Below are positions 8,423 through 16,722 of a DNA stretch of 36,179 bases, in pieces (the first letter of the stretch is position 1; each line of letters starts with the position of its first letter). The DNA comes from a virus (taxonomy: Duplodnaviria > Caudoviricetes), in the IMG/VR virus record IMGVR_UViG_3300021168_000064, positions 1-36,179 of that record. One strand, 5' to 3'. The notes beneath the pieces were generated by a model. That model made no database searches. It was not told the origin of the DNA and worked only from the letters and a program-made list of their open reading frames with translations. A program made the translations under genes and the position numbers.

Positions 8423-9553
8423 GTGATCCTCACCCTGAACCCATTTGCACGTCCACCTGAACCTGTCGATCCGGTCGGTCCAGAGACCTACTTCCAGAAC
8501 GCCTCGTCAGACCTCTACAACCAAGGGATGTCGGAGCAGGCGCTGCCGATCGCCGAGAAGGCGCTCCAGATCGCCCGTACCATCCCGACCCTCTTGAACC
8601 TGTCGATCATCCTTGAGTCTCTCGGTCGGTTCGATGAGGCGCTCCCGTGCGCTGCCGAAGCCTTCTCGCTGAGTCCCGGTGACCGTCGCGCTGCCGGACA
8701 CTACGGTCGCGCGCTGCTGCGTCAAGGTGATCTGACGTATGGATGGCCGCTCTATCTACAGGACTGCAACCTGCGGTCCCAGCTACGAGACTTCATCCCG
8801 GAGTGGACCGGACAGGACCTGCGTGACAAGCGAGTGCTGGTCGTCGAAGGCGAAGGTTATGGTGACAATATCTACTTCATGCGCTGGCTTGACACGCTCC
8901 GGCGTGAAGGTGCTCAGGTTGACTATATCTGCCAGCCATCGCTGGCACCTCTGGTCCGTCACATGGAATTCGGTGCCATTGAGAACTGGGGCGGCAACTG
9001 TGACTTCAAGTTTACCGACTACGACTTCTACACGTCGGTCCTGACGCTGCCGCACAAGTTGGGCGTGACGTATGAGAACTATCAGTGGACCGGACCTTAC
9101 GTCGACGAAGTCATGCCATTACACTACGGGCAGCGTGTCGGCATCTGCGCCCTCGCTGGCGAAGGCATGTCCCCGACCAAATGTAGGTCGATGCACGCCT
9201 CGCAGCTCCAGCACGTCCTGAACGCGATGGACCGACGACACAAGTGGGTCAATCTGAACTATAAGCACTCGCTGCCGCCGGAGTGCGATAATCCCGTCAT
9301 CGAGGACTGGCTGGACACCGCCAAGATCATCGCTACGTGCGACCTCGTCGTCTCGGTGGACACAGGCGTCGCTCACCTCTCGGCTGCAATGGGCGTCCCT
9401 ACCTGGGTCGTCCTTCCCGGCAACTACGCATGGCAGTACCCATCTAATCGTGACGTGCACCCGTTCTACCCGACGATGCGAATGTTCCGCAACTACGGCA
9501 AGGGGCTAGATAACGCAGTGGAGGCGGTCAGTGACAATCTATCGAGGCTCTAA
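8423..9553 (+). CDS. TPR-containing glycosyltransferase (GT-B, GT9-like C-terminus)
   Basis: N-terminal TPRs (LLNLSIILESLGRFDEAL), 'WTGQDLRDKRVLVVEGEGYGDNI', and the GT9-type motif 'CDLVVSVDTGVAHLSAAMGVPTWV'. Confidence 0.85.
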   Translation: MILTLNPFARPPEPVDPVGPETYFQNASSDLYNQGMSEQALPIAEKALQIARTIPTLLNLSIILESLGRFDEALPCAAEAFSLSPGDRRAAGHYGRALLRQGDLTYGWPLYLQDCNLRSQLRDFIPEWTGQDLRDKRVLVVEGEGYGDNIYFMRWLDTLRREGAQVDYICQPSLAPLVRHMEFGAIENWGGNCDFKFTDYDFYTSVLTLPHKLGVTYENYQWTGPYVDEVMPLHYGQRVGICALAGEGMSPTKCRSMHASQLQHVLNAMDRRHKWVNLNYKHSLPPECDNPVIEDWLDTAKIIATCDLVVSVDTGVAHLSAAMGVPTWVVLPGNYAWQYPSNRDVHPFYPTMRMFRNYGKGLDNAVEAVSDNLSRL

Positions 9554-10058
9554 TCAGCGCGTCCCCGAGTACCACTCGTGGGTCAGCCTGTGCGTCGGCA
9601 TGGGCATCCGGTCCTACGTCGAACTCGGTGTCGGCTCCAGTTGGGAGCACTCCCAAGTTGGTATCAACGTCATCACCGTCGACATCCTCCCGAACGGATT
9701 CCCGTCTATCCCACATGTCCAAGGGGACTCGCATGATCTTGGGACACTACACCAAGTACTGACCATCCTTGGCGGCCCACCTGACTGCGTATTCATAGAT
9801 GCTGACCATTCCTACGATGCCTGCCGACAAGACTTCGATATGTGGTATCCAGCAGCCACTAAGTTGATCGGCTTCCACGACATCACGTTGCAGGAAGGCA
9901 GTGACAGGTTCTGGAACGAGGTCAAGCGTCAGTACCCTTCCGTGGAGATTATCGGTCGCGACCAAGCGTCGGGCGAAGCGTGGCAGAGAGGTTCGGGGAC
10001 CAACGGAGACCTACACGCAGGTGGGATTGGCGTCATCTTCAAGGGGATGGATCTGTGA
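9531..10058 (+). CDS. Class I SAM-dependent methyltransferase (Methyltransf_24-like)
   Basis: Motifs YVELGV, VITVDI, GDSH, DCVFIDADHSY and IGFHDI; GGAGG SD before the GTG. Confidence 0.85.
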   Translation: MTIYRGSNQRVPEYHSWVSLCVGMGIRSYVELGVGSSWEHSQVGINVITVDILPNGFPSIPHVQGDSHDLGTLHQVLTILGGPPDCVFIDADHSYDACRQDFDMWYPAATKLIGFHDITLQEGSDRFWNEVKRQYPSVEIIGRDQASGEAWQRGSGTNGDLHAGGIGVIFKGMDL

Positions 10059-10948
10059 ACAAAGTCGGCGTCGTCATCGCCTCGACAGGCGGCAACAAGC
10101 TCCTCCGCTGCGTCCGCTCTCTACGCCGGATGGAGCCTGACCTCGATATCTTCGTCCAAGTTGACCAATCAACCGTCACCTACCGTATGTTAGGGACTCC
10201 GTTCGACGAATTACAAAAGACTCCGGCAGTCTATACTTACTTCGTCAAGGATAACGAGGGCTACGTCAACGGTGGACTGAACAAAGCGATTGAGTTGATG
10301 CAACGGACAAGCCATGACTACGCCTGCCTCTTCCAAGACGACCTCATCTTCTCACCGCTCCCGGAGCACCGTCACTCCATCTCGCAGTGGTTCGACCACC
10401 CGCTCCTGACCCAGTCCTCCGGCCTGCGCTTCAGCCACTTCGAGGCGCTGACGCCTACGGTAGACCTGCGACGCTCTCCCTTGGAATGGGACAGAGAGGA
10501 CATGGAAGGTGAGGACCTCTGGCGCTTCCTTGCGGAGCAGTATGTGACGGTAGCGTTCGACGGCCAAGATATCAACCCTCCCGGTCGCTCCTTCTGGTTC
10601 CGCTACGAAGGTCCGCGGCGCATCGAGAAGTGGAACCGTCTCGGCCCGACCGGACAGATCATCCCGATCGCGACCTGGGAGCAGGTCGGTCGCTTCAACG
10701 AACACGACGGGATCTTCTACGACAGCGAGTACCCGACGGAGTGCTTTCTACGTCATCTCCCGCCCGTGTACGCCGTCACGAACTTCCCGTTCATCCACCT
10801 GCATAACCAATCAGTGAATCCGTGGGCTGACCCAGCGCGCGGCGTCTGGAGCGACACCGAGGGCGCGTTCAAGAAGCGCTACGGCGGGACGCGGGAGGAG
10901 ATCTGGTGGGGCGCGTGGCCGGAGAGATGGGAGGGAGTCGAGCCGTGA
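10055..10948 (+). CDS. Glycosyltransferase, GT-A fold (GT2-like)
   Basis: GTGA overlap start. Motifs 'VGVVIAS...LLRCVRSL', 'NEGYVNGGLNKAI', 'LFQDD' (DxD-like) and 'WEQVGRFNE...FYDSEY'. Confidence 0.8.
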   Translation: MNKVGVVIASTGGNKLLRCVRSLRRMEPDLDIFVQVDQSTVTYRMLGTPFDELQKTPAVYTYFVKDNEGYVNGGLNKAIELMQRTSHDYACLFQDDLIFSPLPEHRHSISQWFDHPLLTQSSGLRFSHFEALTPTVDLRRSPLEWDREDMEGEDLWRFLAEQYVTVAFDGQDINPPGRSFWFRYEGPRRIEKWNRLGPTGQIIPIATWEQVGRFNEHDGIFYDSEYPTECFLRHLPPVYAVTNFPFIHLHNQSVNPWADPARGVWSDTEGAFKKRYGGTREEIWWGAWPERWEGVEP

Positions 10949-11781
10949 AGGTCCTCTACATCTCAGGTGGGAAGGGCGCGGACTACCAATGTGACGTCGT
11001 ATTCCATGGGCTGCGCTCGCTACTGGGGCCAGACTGTGTCGACGTGGCCAAGCTCTACTTCATGTACGACACCTCACCCGACTACATGTTCCACTCGCTC
11101 TATAAGCTCCTTCCCGACATCGAGGTGGACCGTGAAGACATTGAAGGAAAGATTAGATCGAAGTATTTTGACGGTGTGGTATACGGCTCTGTTCATCGAA
11201 GTCGTGATCTTATGTCTCTTGTTGTCGATAATTATCCACCCAACAAGATAGTGTTCATCGACGGCGAGGACGGTCCAGAACTCGCCCCCGCAGTCGGTCA
11301 CGGCTGGTACTTCAAGCGCGAACTCTACGCGCCGCACCCTGACGTCCTCCCGATCCAGTTCGGCATCCCGAAGGAGAAGATCCGTCTCGGCCCGTATGCC
11401 AAGCAGCGCGTTATGTCCCCGCTCATTCCCGGTGACTATTCGACCTACACTTATTACGACAGTGAGACGCGCTACTATGACCAATACAGCGAGTCCTACT
11501 TTGGACGGACGCGAAAGAAGGGTGGATGGGACTGCATGAGGCACTACGAGATTATGGCGGCAGGTGCGCTACCTTACTTTGAAGGGCTAGAGGACTGTCC
11601 TGACATGACGATGTTTTGGCTGCCGAAGCCTGCGCTGAAGGCAGCGCGTCGGCTACACGACAAAGGTCTTGACCCCGGCAGTTCAGAATGGAGCGACATC
11701 TTCAGGCGTGTGCAGGACGTGCTTCGTCGTGACCTAACCACCGAAGCCATCGCCACCCGCATCCTGGACCGTCTCCAATGA
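10945..11781 (+). CDS. Glycosyltransferase-like protein (GT-B, exostosin/GT47-like motif)
   Basis: GTGA overlap start. C-terminal 'KKGGWDCMRHYEIMAAGALPY' and 'YFKREL' motifs; located within the GT cluster. Confidence 0.65.
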   Translation: MKVLYISGGKGADYQCDVVFHGLRSLLGPDCVDVAKLYFMYDTSPDYMFHSLYKLLPDIEVDREDIEGKIRSKYFDGVVYGSVHRSRDLMSLVVDNYPPNKIVFIDGEDGPELAPAVGHGWYFKRELYAPHPDVLPIQFGIPKEKIRLGPYAKQRVMSPLIPGDYSTYTYYDSETRYYDQYSESYFGRTRKKGGWDCMRHYEIMAAGALPYFEGLEDCPDMTMFWLPKPALKAARRLHDKGLDPGSSEWSDIFRRVQDVLRRDLTTEAIATRILDRLQ

Positions 11782-12353
11782 CCGTTCCCGGCCTGCCTCC
11801 ATGGGACGCCCATCATTCCCTCTGGGGAATGGATGAGAAATACCGTCAGGGCTACGTCTCGTCGAAGCATATGCTCGCTCAGTCCTACCACCCGCGCCGC
11901 ATCTGCGAGATCGGGGTCTACTCCGGCATCGCCGCGAAGTGCTTCCTCGCCGCGTCACCGTCCGCGACCTATCTCGGCATCGACAATCTGGAGGCGCAGT
12001 CCAATCAAGGACTCTCTCTAGTCGAACCTGCCATCCAGCAGCTCCGCGACCTCGGCTATGCTGCCTCTCTACTCGTGGTCGACTCCCAGCAGCTAACCGA
12101 CCTCCCTGACCCGCCCTACGACTTCATCCACGTCGACGGGAATCACGCTCCAGCCGCAGCCCAACACGACGTCGAGATGGCATGGCGCGCCCTGACCCCC
12201 GACGGCGTCCTCCTCGTCGACGACTGTCACAACATGCAGGTTGTCGTCGGCGTCGCCGCAGCGCTTGACCCGATCACGGACCTGCTAGACTGGATCTACA
12301 TCCCCGAAGGTGTGGGGACGATGGTTATCAAGAGAGCGCCGAGGGTGCGATGA
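11778..12353 (+). CDS. Class I SAM-dependent methyltransferase (Methyltransf_24-like)
   Basis: Motifs ICEIGVYSG, YLGID, YDFIHVDGNH and LTPDGVLLVDD; ATGA overlap. Confidence 0.88.
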   Translation: MTVPGLPPWDAHHSLWGMDEKYRQGYVSSKHMLAQSYHPRRICEIGVYSGIAAKCFLAASPSATYLGIDNLEAQSNQGLSLVEPAIQQLRDLGYAASLLVVDSQQLTDLPDPPYDFIHVDGNHAPAAAQHDVEMAWRALTPDGVLLVDDCHNMQVVVGVAAALDPITDLLDWIYIPEGVGTMVIKRAPRVR

Positions 12354-12688
12354 CGACGGTCAAGAAGCTGTGGGGAGTAGAGCAGTGGGTGGTCAACGAG
12401 CCTGAATACTGCTTCAAGGTCCTTACTCTCCAACCCGGATTCGCCTGCTCCCTCCACTATCACAAGGTCAAGAAGGAGACCTTCATCGTCCAGTCCGGCT
12501 GCTGTGACCTGCAAATCAGCGACGGCAAGACCCGCATGGTGCTGGGCGATCAGGCGACGATCGGGCCGGGGATATACCATCGCTTCAGCCTTGGGTCGTG
12601 GGAGACCGAGCCATGTGTGATCTACGAAGTCAGCACATTCCACTCGGACGACGACGTAGTGCGTCTGGAAGAAAGTAAGCGGCTATGA
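12350..12688 (+). CDS. Cupin-domain protein (sugar isomerase-like)
   Basis: Cupin motifs 'KLWGVE', 'SLHYHKVKKETF', 'IGPGIYHRF' and 'EVST...DDVVRLE'; ATGA overlap. Confidence 0.85.
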   Translation: MTTVKKLWGVEQWVVNEPEYCFKVLTLQPGFACSLHYHKVKKETFIVQSGCCDLQISDGKTRMVLGDQATIGPGIYHRFSLGSWETEPCVIYEVSTFHSDDDVVRLEESKRL

Positions 12689-13671
12689 AGTTCCTCCTGC
12701 CAACTGGAATCGGCGACTCGGTCTGGGCGCTACACAAGGTCCAGTCCGTCCGCGACAAACTGGACCCGTATGGTCCCATCGACATCTCCCTGGTCGGCTC
12801 CCGCGACAAGGTCGACTCGCGCGCCCTCGACTTCGTCCGGCGCTTCCGCTTCGTCAACTCCGTCGACATGCAACCGTTCTCCATTCAGGCGTACGGCCCG
12901 CGCGTCCATCCCGACGGCACCTACAACTACATCTTAGATGGCGACTACACCTTCAACGACGAGCATTACATTGTCCTCATCCCGAACCGGGCGCTGGAGC
13001 AGGGCCTCCGCCTCGAGGACTGGCTGCCGCACTACCAGATTCGGTGGGATATATTCAAGGACTTCCAGATCGAAGTGGTCGAGAGAATCCACGCTGCCGA
13101 CGTCCACGTCCAGATCGGCGACTACTGTGTCTTCTACCCCGGCCCACTCGCTGGTAACACGGTCGAGGGACATAATCGCGGCCCGATCTGGACGCCCCAA
13201 GAGTGGGTCGAGCTGGGCCGACGCATCCACGACGAGTTCGGCCTGCATATCCTCGTGGTCGGCGCGTCCTACGACCACCCATACTGGGAGCAGGTCCTGT
13301 CGCCGCTTGTGAAGGGGAAGGATTACTGGACAAGCGTTATCGGGATGACTAATCTCGGGGAGTTGTGGGCGCTGACCGATCTATCCAAGTTCGTCGTCTC
13401 GTATCAGGCCGGCGTCGGCATCATTAGCACGTACCGAGAGACTCCGACCGCGATCTTCTGGCGCCCACACGGCAACTCAATCAGCTCCAGCCACTACCTG
13501 ACCTTCGACGAGCGCATGGCCTCCGCGTGGGTCCCACCGAAAGTACTGGACTCCGGTACCCATCTTCCACTAATCTACGGACGCTCCAGTGTTGACAGCA
13601 TCATGTCGGAGGTCCGCCAACGTCGGTGGCATGAATCGCCCGCTCATTCTGCTGCTTCTACTGCTCGGTAG
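12685..13671 (+). CDS. Glycosyltransferase, GT9/heptosyltransferase-like
   Basis: N-terminal 'GIGDSVW', then 'WTPQEWVELG', 'ILVVGASYD' and 'IGMTNLGELWAL...FVVSYQAGVGIIS....PT', which follow the GT9 layout. Confidence 0.75.
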   Translation: MKFLLPTGIGDSVWALHKVQSVRDKLDPYGPIDISLVGSRDKVDSRALDFVRRFRFVNSVDMQPFSIQAYGPRVHPDGTYNYILDGDYTFNDEHYIVLIPNRALEQGLRLEDWLPHYQIRWDIFKDFQIEVVERIHAADVHVQIGDYCVFYPGPLAGNTVEGHNRGPIWTPQEWVELGRRIHDEFGLHILVVGASYDHPYWEQVLSPLVKGKDYWTSVIGMTNLGELWALTDLSKFVVSYQAGVGIISTYRETPTAIFWRPHGNSISSSHYLTFDERMASAWVPPKVLDSGTHLPLIYGRSSVDSIMSEVRQRRWHESPAHSAASTAR

Positions 13672-15367
13672 CGCTGGCGTCGCGTCCGCGAATGATTCCG
13701 CGCGTGGCTGGTGCGAAGAAGGCAATCGACCTGTCGTCACCTCAGGATTGAACTCGACGACTCGCGTCCAAGCATCGCATCCATCCTGCACCCTCACAAT
13801 TTACGTCCATGGCGGCGGCCTCGCGACCATCTACAGCGACAACAACCTGACCCCGCTCGCGAATCCCTTCACGTCGCAGACCGACGGGCAATGGCAGTTT
13901 TACGCCGCGAACGGGCGCTACGATGTCACGATGTCCAGCGCTGGATTCAGCCAGACCATCACCTACTCGGATATCCTGCTCTGCGACCCCTTCGCCGTCG
14001 GCTCGACCTGCAACAACGGCGGCTCCGTCCAAGCACATAATCTCCTGTCGACGACGCACCTCGACACCATCCCCGCCTCCCCGCCCGTCCGCGGCGACGT
14101 CATCACCGCCCAGAACCAGACCTCCCCGTCCGGCGTCAACCCTTCCTGGGCGCGTCTCCCGCTCGGGTCGAACAACTTCGTCCTGACCTCGAACGGCGTC
14201 GACGCGATCTGGGCACCTGTCGCGTCCGGCTCCGGCTGCACTCTCCCCGGCAACGACACCGGCATCCTGACCGAGCATCCCATCGGTACCTGCTACAACT
14301 CGATCGACGCGACCTGGAACGACGCGACTCCGTCCAGCAGCGTCAATGGGCGCATCCTGCTGATCGGCGACGGCACCAACTCCGCTACCGCACCCTCGGC
14401 GGGGAACGCGGTCAAGGAAGTCTTCCTGTTCGGCGACCATAACGCATCTACCGGAGTCGGCGTCACGTCCGAGAACTTCGCCTTCGGCAGCACCAACGCC
14501 TTCACCGGATGCTTGAGCTGCACCGCGCTCGGTGACAACAATACCCTCGGCGCGGCTGGCGGTGTCTACACGCAGGTCGCTCTCGGCTACCAGAATACGA
14601 TTGGCCTCAACACCGGCTACGTCTTCGGCGACCAGAACGTGATGAGCGGTCAGGAAGTGTTCAACATCGGCGAGAGCAACTCTCTCAATACGTCCGCCGC
14701 CTCGGTCCACTTCGCGAACTCGATCATCGCCGAGTTCGACGCGACGATCACCCTCGGCGGCATCAACGCCGATGTTCTCGACACCCAGATGCTCGGCAGC
14801 TTCGACACCATCACCGTCGGTAATCCGTCCGGCGGCCATGTCAACCAAGCTAACTGTCTCCATGGCGTCGGCAACGGGAACAGCTTCACCATCACCGGCG
14901 GTCTCGCATCTAGCACCAACATCCAGTCGGTGAGTTGGGTCGGTAAGAACAACGCTTTCACCGCCACAGGGAACTCTATCCAGTCGGTCACCGTAGCAGG
15001 TATCGGGAACACGATCACAGGTCCCATCACCAACGGCGCGATCCATGGTGACGTGAGCACTCTATCTAACTGCAGCAACTGTTATATCGTCGGCGAGAAC
15101 GTCTCGAACTCGACCAACAGCAGCCTCGCGATCGGCATGTCCGCGCTCCCTGGGCTGGTCATCACGACTGCGTCCAGCCACGACAATGTGCAGCGGTCGC
15201 CGCTTCCGTTCGCATCCCTTCCAGCCTGTGCTGCCGGCACGGAAGGCTCCTTCGCCGCAATCACCGATTCGACGACCAACGTCTGGGGTGCCACTATCAC
15301 AGGCAGCAGCACCAATCATGTTCTTGGGTATTGCGACGGGACCAACTGGACCGTCGCGGCTAAATAA
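13631..15367 (+). CDS. Fibre/spike-like protein with N-terminal signal peptide
   Basis: Signal-like MNRPLILLLLLLGSAGVASA|N. Then 'LATIYSD...PLANPFT...DGQWQFYAANGRYDV', resembling tailspike particle-binding domains; G-x-x-N beta-solenoid repeats; and a C-terminal 'LPAC...YCDGTNW' module. Confidence 0.7.
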   Translation: MNRPLILLLLLLGSAGVASANDSARGWCEEGNRPVVTSGLNSTTRVQASHPSCTLTIYVHGGGLATIYSDNNLTPLANPFTSQTDGQWQFYAANGRYDVTMSSAGFSQTITYSDILLCDPFAVGSTCNNGGSVQAHNLLSTTHLDTIPASPPVRGDVITAQNQTSPSGVNPSWARLPLGSNNFVLTSNGVDAIWAPVASGSGCTLPGNDTGILTEHPIGTCYNSIDATWNDATPSSSVNGRILLIGDGTNSATAPSAGNAVKEVFLFGDHNASTGVGVTSENFAFGSTNAFTGCLSCTALGDNNTLGAAGGVYTQVALGYQNTIGLNTGYVFGDQNVMSGQEVFNIGESNSLNTSAASVHFANSIIAEFDATITLGGINADVLDTQMLGSFDTITVGNPSGGHVNQANCLHGVGNGNSFTITGGLASSTNIQSVSWVGKNNAFTATGNSIQSVTVAGIGNTITGPITNGAIHGDVSTLSNCSNCYIVGENVSNSTNSSLAIGMSALPGLVITTASSHDNVQRSPLPFASLPACAAGTEGSFAAITDSTTNVWGATITGSSTNHVLGYCDGTNWTVAAK

Positions 15368-15378
15368 ATGGAGGAAGT

Positions 15379-15663
15379 ATGAAGCGCACTCTTATCATCC
15401 TCGCAACTCTGGTCGTCCTGCTCCTAGCGTATCCGCTCCTATCGCAGCAGCTCGGCACGCACGCTCTACTTCGCCTGATGCCGCACACCTTCGCCGACCT
15501 CGCGATGGCGGACATGACCGGACGCGATGCCATGGCTATCACCGACGGTTACATCACCTATTGCACCGATTGCGCCGTCCCCGCTCACCCCGGCGACAAG
15601 TGCGCTGTGGGTGGAAGCGGTGCAGAGGCGCACCGTATCCGTGGTGCGTGGGTGTGCTACTAG
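15379..15663 (+). CDS. Small Cys-rich protein with signal peptide or membrane anchor
   Basis: GGAGG SD; MKRTLIILATLVVLLLAYPLLS|Q; C-terminal YCTDC...C..GGSGA.A.R..GAWVC. Confidence 0.7.
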   Translation: MKRTLIILATLVVLLLAYPLLSQQLGTHALLRLMPHTFADLAMADMTGRDAMAITDGYITYCTDCAVPAHPGDKCAVGGSGAEAHRIRGAWVCY

Positions 15664-15672
15664 TGGTATAGT
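15664..15672 (+). promoter_or_regulatory. Putative extended -10 internal promoter
   Basis: TG-G-TATAGT in a 29-bp gap, 7 nt upstream of the AAGGAG SD of the 15693 gene. Confidence 0.4.
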
Positions 15673-15692
15673 TCGACACAAGGAGACTCAAT

Positions 15693-15938
15693 ATGCGCGA
15701 CAAATCCTATGCCAGCGAAGCGGCGAACGCACGCATCCTCGGCGCGACTCGTCTACATTGCGACTCGTACAAGGACGATCTCTACAGCGAGACCGACTAC
15801 TACGAGACCGGCGGCGGGCTGACCGAGCGCGTCATGGGACGCGGGCATGTCACCGACTCGCAGTCGGAGCGCTTCAACCGCTGCCTTCGCACCGGTCAGG
15901 CAGGCGAGCGTATCCGGTTCCGCGTCGAGGAGGACTGA
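15693..15938 (+). CDS. Hypothetical protein (81 aa)
   Basis: AAGGAG SD and GC3-biased codons. Confidence 0.7.
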   Translation: MRDKSYASEAANARILGATRLHCDSYKDDLYSETDYYETGGGLTERVMGRGHVTDSQSERFNRCLRTGQAGERIRFRVEED

Positions 15939-15940
15939 CG

Positions 15941-16156
15941 ATGGCAATGTTGAAGGTCTATCGCGGCCCGTCCATCGAGTCGCAATCGAAGGACTTAGAG
16001 CCGAAGTCCGACCCTGCTGTGATGGGCGGGACCGGCTCGTTCGGCTCCAACATCACCGCGTCCAAGGTCGGTGCGCCGCACAAGACGGGTGTCAAGACTC
16101 TCGGCCAGAAGGCGCTCAAGCCGAAGTCCGTGTCGTCGATGTCGAAGGGATACTGA
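15941..16156 (+). CDS. 71-aa Lys/Ser/Gly-rich basic protein
   Basis: GAGGAGG SD before the ATG at 15941. This is the 3' part of the tracked 15527 ORF. Confidence 0.7.
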   Translation: MAMLKVYRGPSIESQSKDLEPKSDPAVMGGTGSFGSNITASKVGAPHKTGVKTLGQKALKPKSVSSMSKGY

Positions 16157-16157
16157 G

Positions 16158-16340
16158 ATGGCCGACGATCCTAAGTGGATGGAGCACGCCGCTGAACGGA
16201 TGAAGGAGAAAGGTACCGTCGGCTCGTTTGGGAAGGCGACTCCGAAGAAGATCGCCGCCGCGCGCAAGAAGGGTGGTAAGGCTGCGAAGAAGGCCAACTT
16301 TGCCGCCAATGCCAAGAAGGCATCGCATGGGAAGAGGTAG
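16158..16340 (+). CDS. 60-aa Lys/Ala-rich basic protein
   Basis: MADDPKWMEHAAERMKEKGTVGSFGKATPKKIAAARKKGGKAAKKANFAANAKKASHGKR; starts 1 nt after the upstream stop. Confidence 0.75.
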   Translation: MADDPKWMEHAAERMKEKGTVGSFGKATPKKIAAARKKGGKAAKKANFAANAKKASHGKR

Positions 16341-16345
16341 CTAGG

Positions 16346-16522
16346 ATGCCTGCTGAAGAGGTGATGCACAAGTTCAAGGAGGGCGAGCTTCATAGCGGGT
16401 CGAAATCCGGTCCCAAGGTCAGCAACCGCAAACAAGCAATCGCCATCATGTTGAGCGAGAAACGTGCCGCGAAGGCTGGCAAGAGCGAGTACAAGAAGAG
16501 TGGTAAGCGGAGCGGGAAGTGA
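16346..16522 (+). CDS. DUF6496-like small basic protein (58 aa), not in the ORF track
   Basis: MPAEEVMHKFKEGELHSGSKSGPKVSNRKQAIAIMLSEKR... matches the VMHEFK.G.LHSG...V..RKQAIAI.LSE pattern. Confidence 0.8.
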   Translation: MPAEEVMHKFKEGELHSGSKSGPKVSNRKQAIAIMLSEKRAAKAGKSEYKKSGKRSGK

Positions 16523-16722
16523 GTGTTGAGCAACAGAAGATGATCTTCGGCTTCCTTGCGCTGGTCGTTCTAGCGACTCTGGCAGCGGTCATCGCGCTCG
16601 GCAAGGTCAGCCAAGATTCAAGCTACGGCCTCGACTACATCCTCGGCGGCCTGACGATGATGACCGGGGGATTCGCGAACTGGGCGTTCGGTAGCACGAC
16701 TAAGGTCGGAGAGAATAAGTGA
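16519..16722 (+). CDS. Small two-TM membrane protein, holin-like
   Basis: 67 aa with two hydrophobic segments and a charged C-terminus; GTGA overlap. Confidence 0.5.
   Translation: MSVEQQKMIFGFLALVVLATLAAVIALGKVSQDSSYGLDYILGGLTMMTGGFANWAFGSTTKVGENK

Noticed and set aside
8423-13671. Cassette as a DNA hypermodification or Gtr-type serotype conversion locus
   Set aside because: No base hydroxymethylase, kinase or TET-like gene, and no membrane flippase/transferase. Not excluded, since such genes could lie outside the window.
13742-15046. 434-aa minus-strand ORF, and similar antisense ORFs such as 1141..1950, 26215..26790 and 29193..29825
   Set aside because: They lie opposite well-supported genes; long antisense frames are expected from strong GC3 bias and they show no recognisable motifs.
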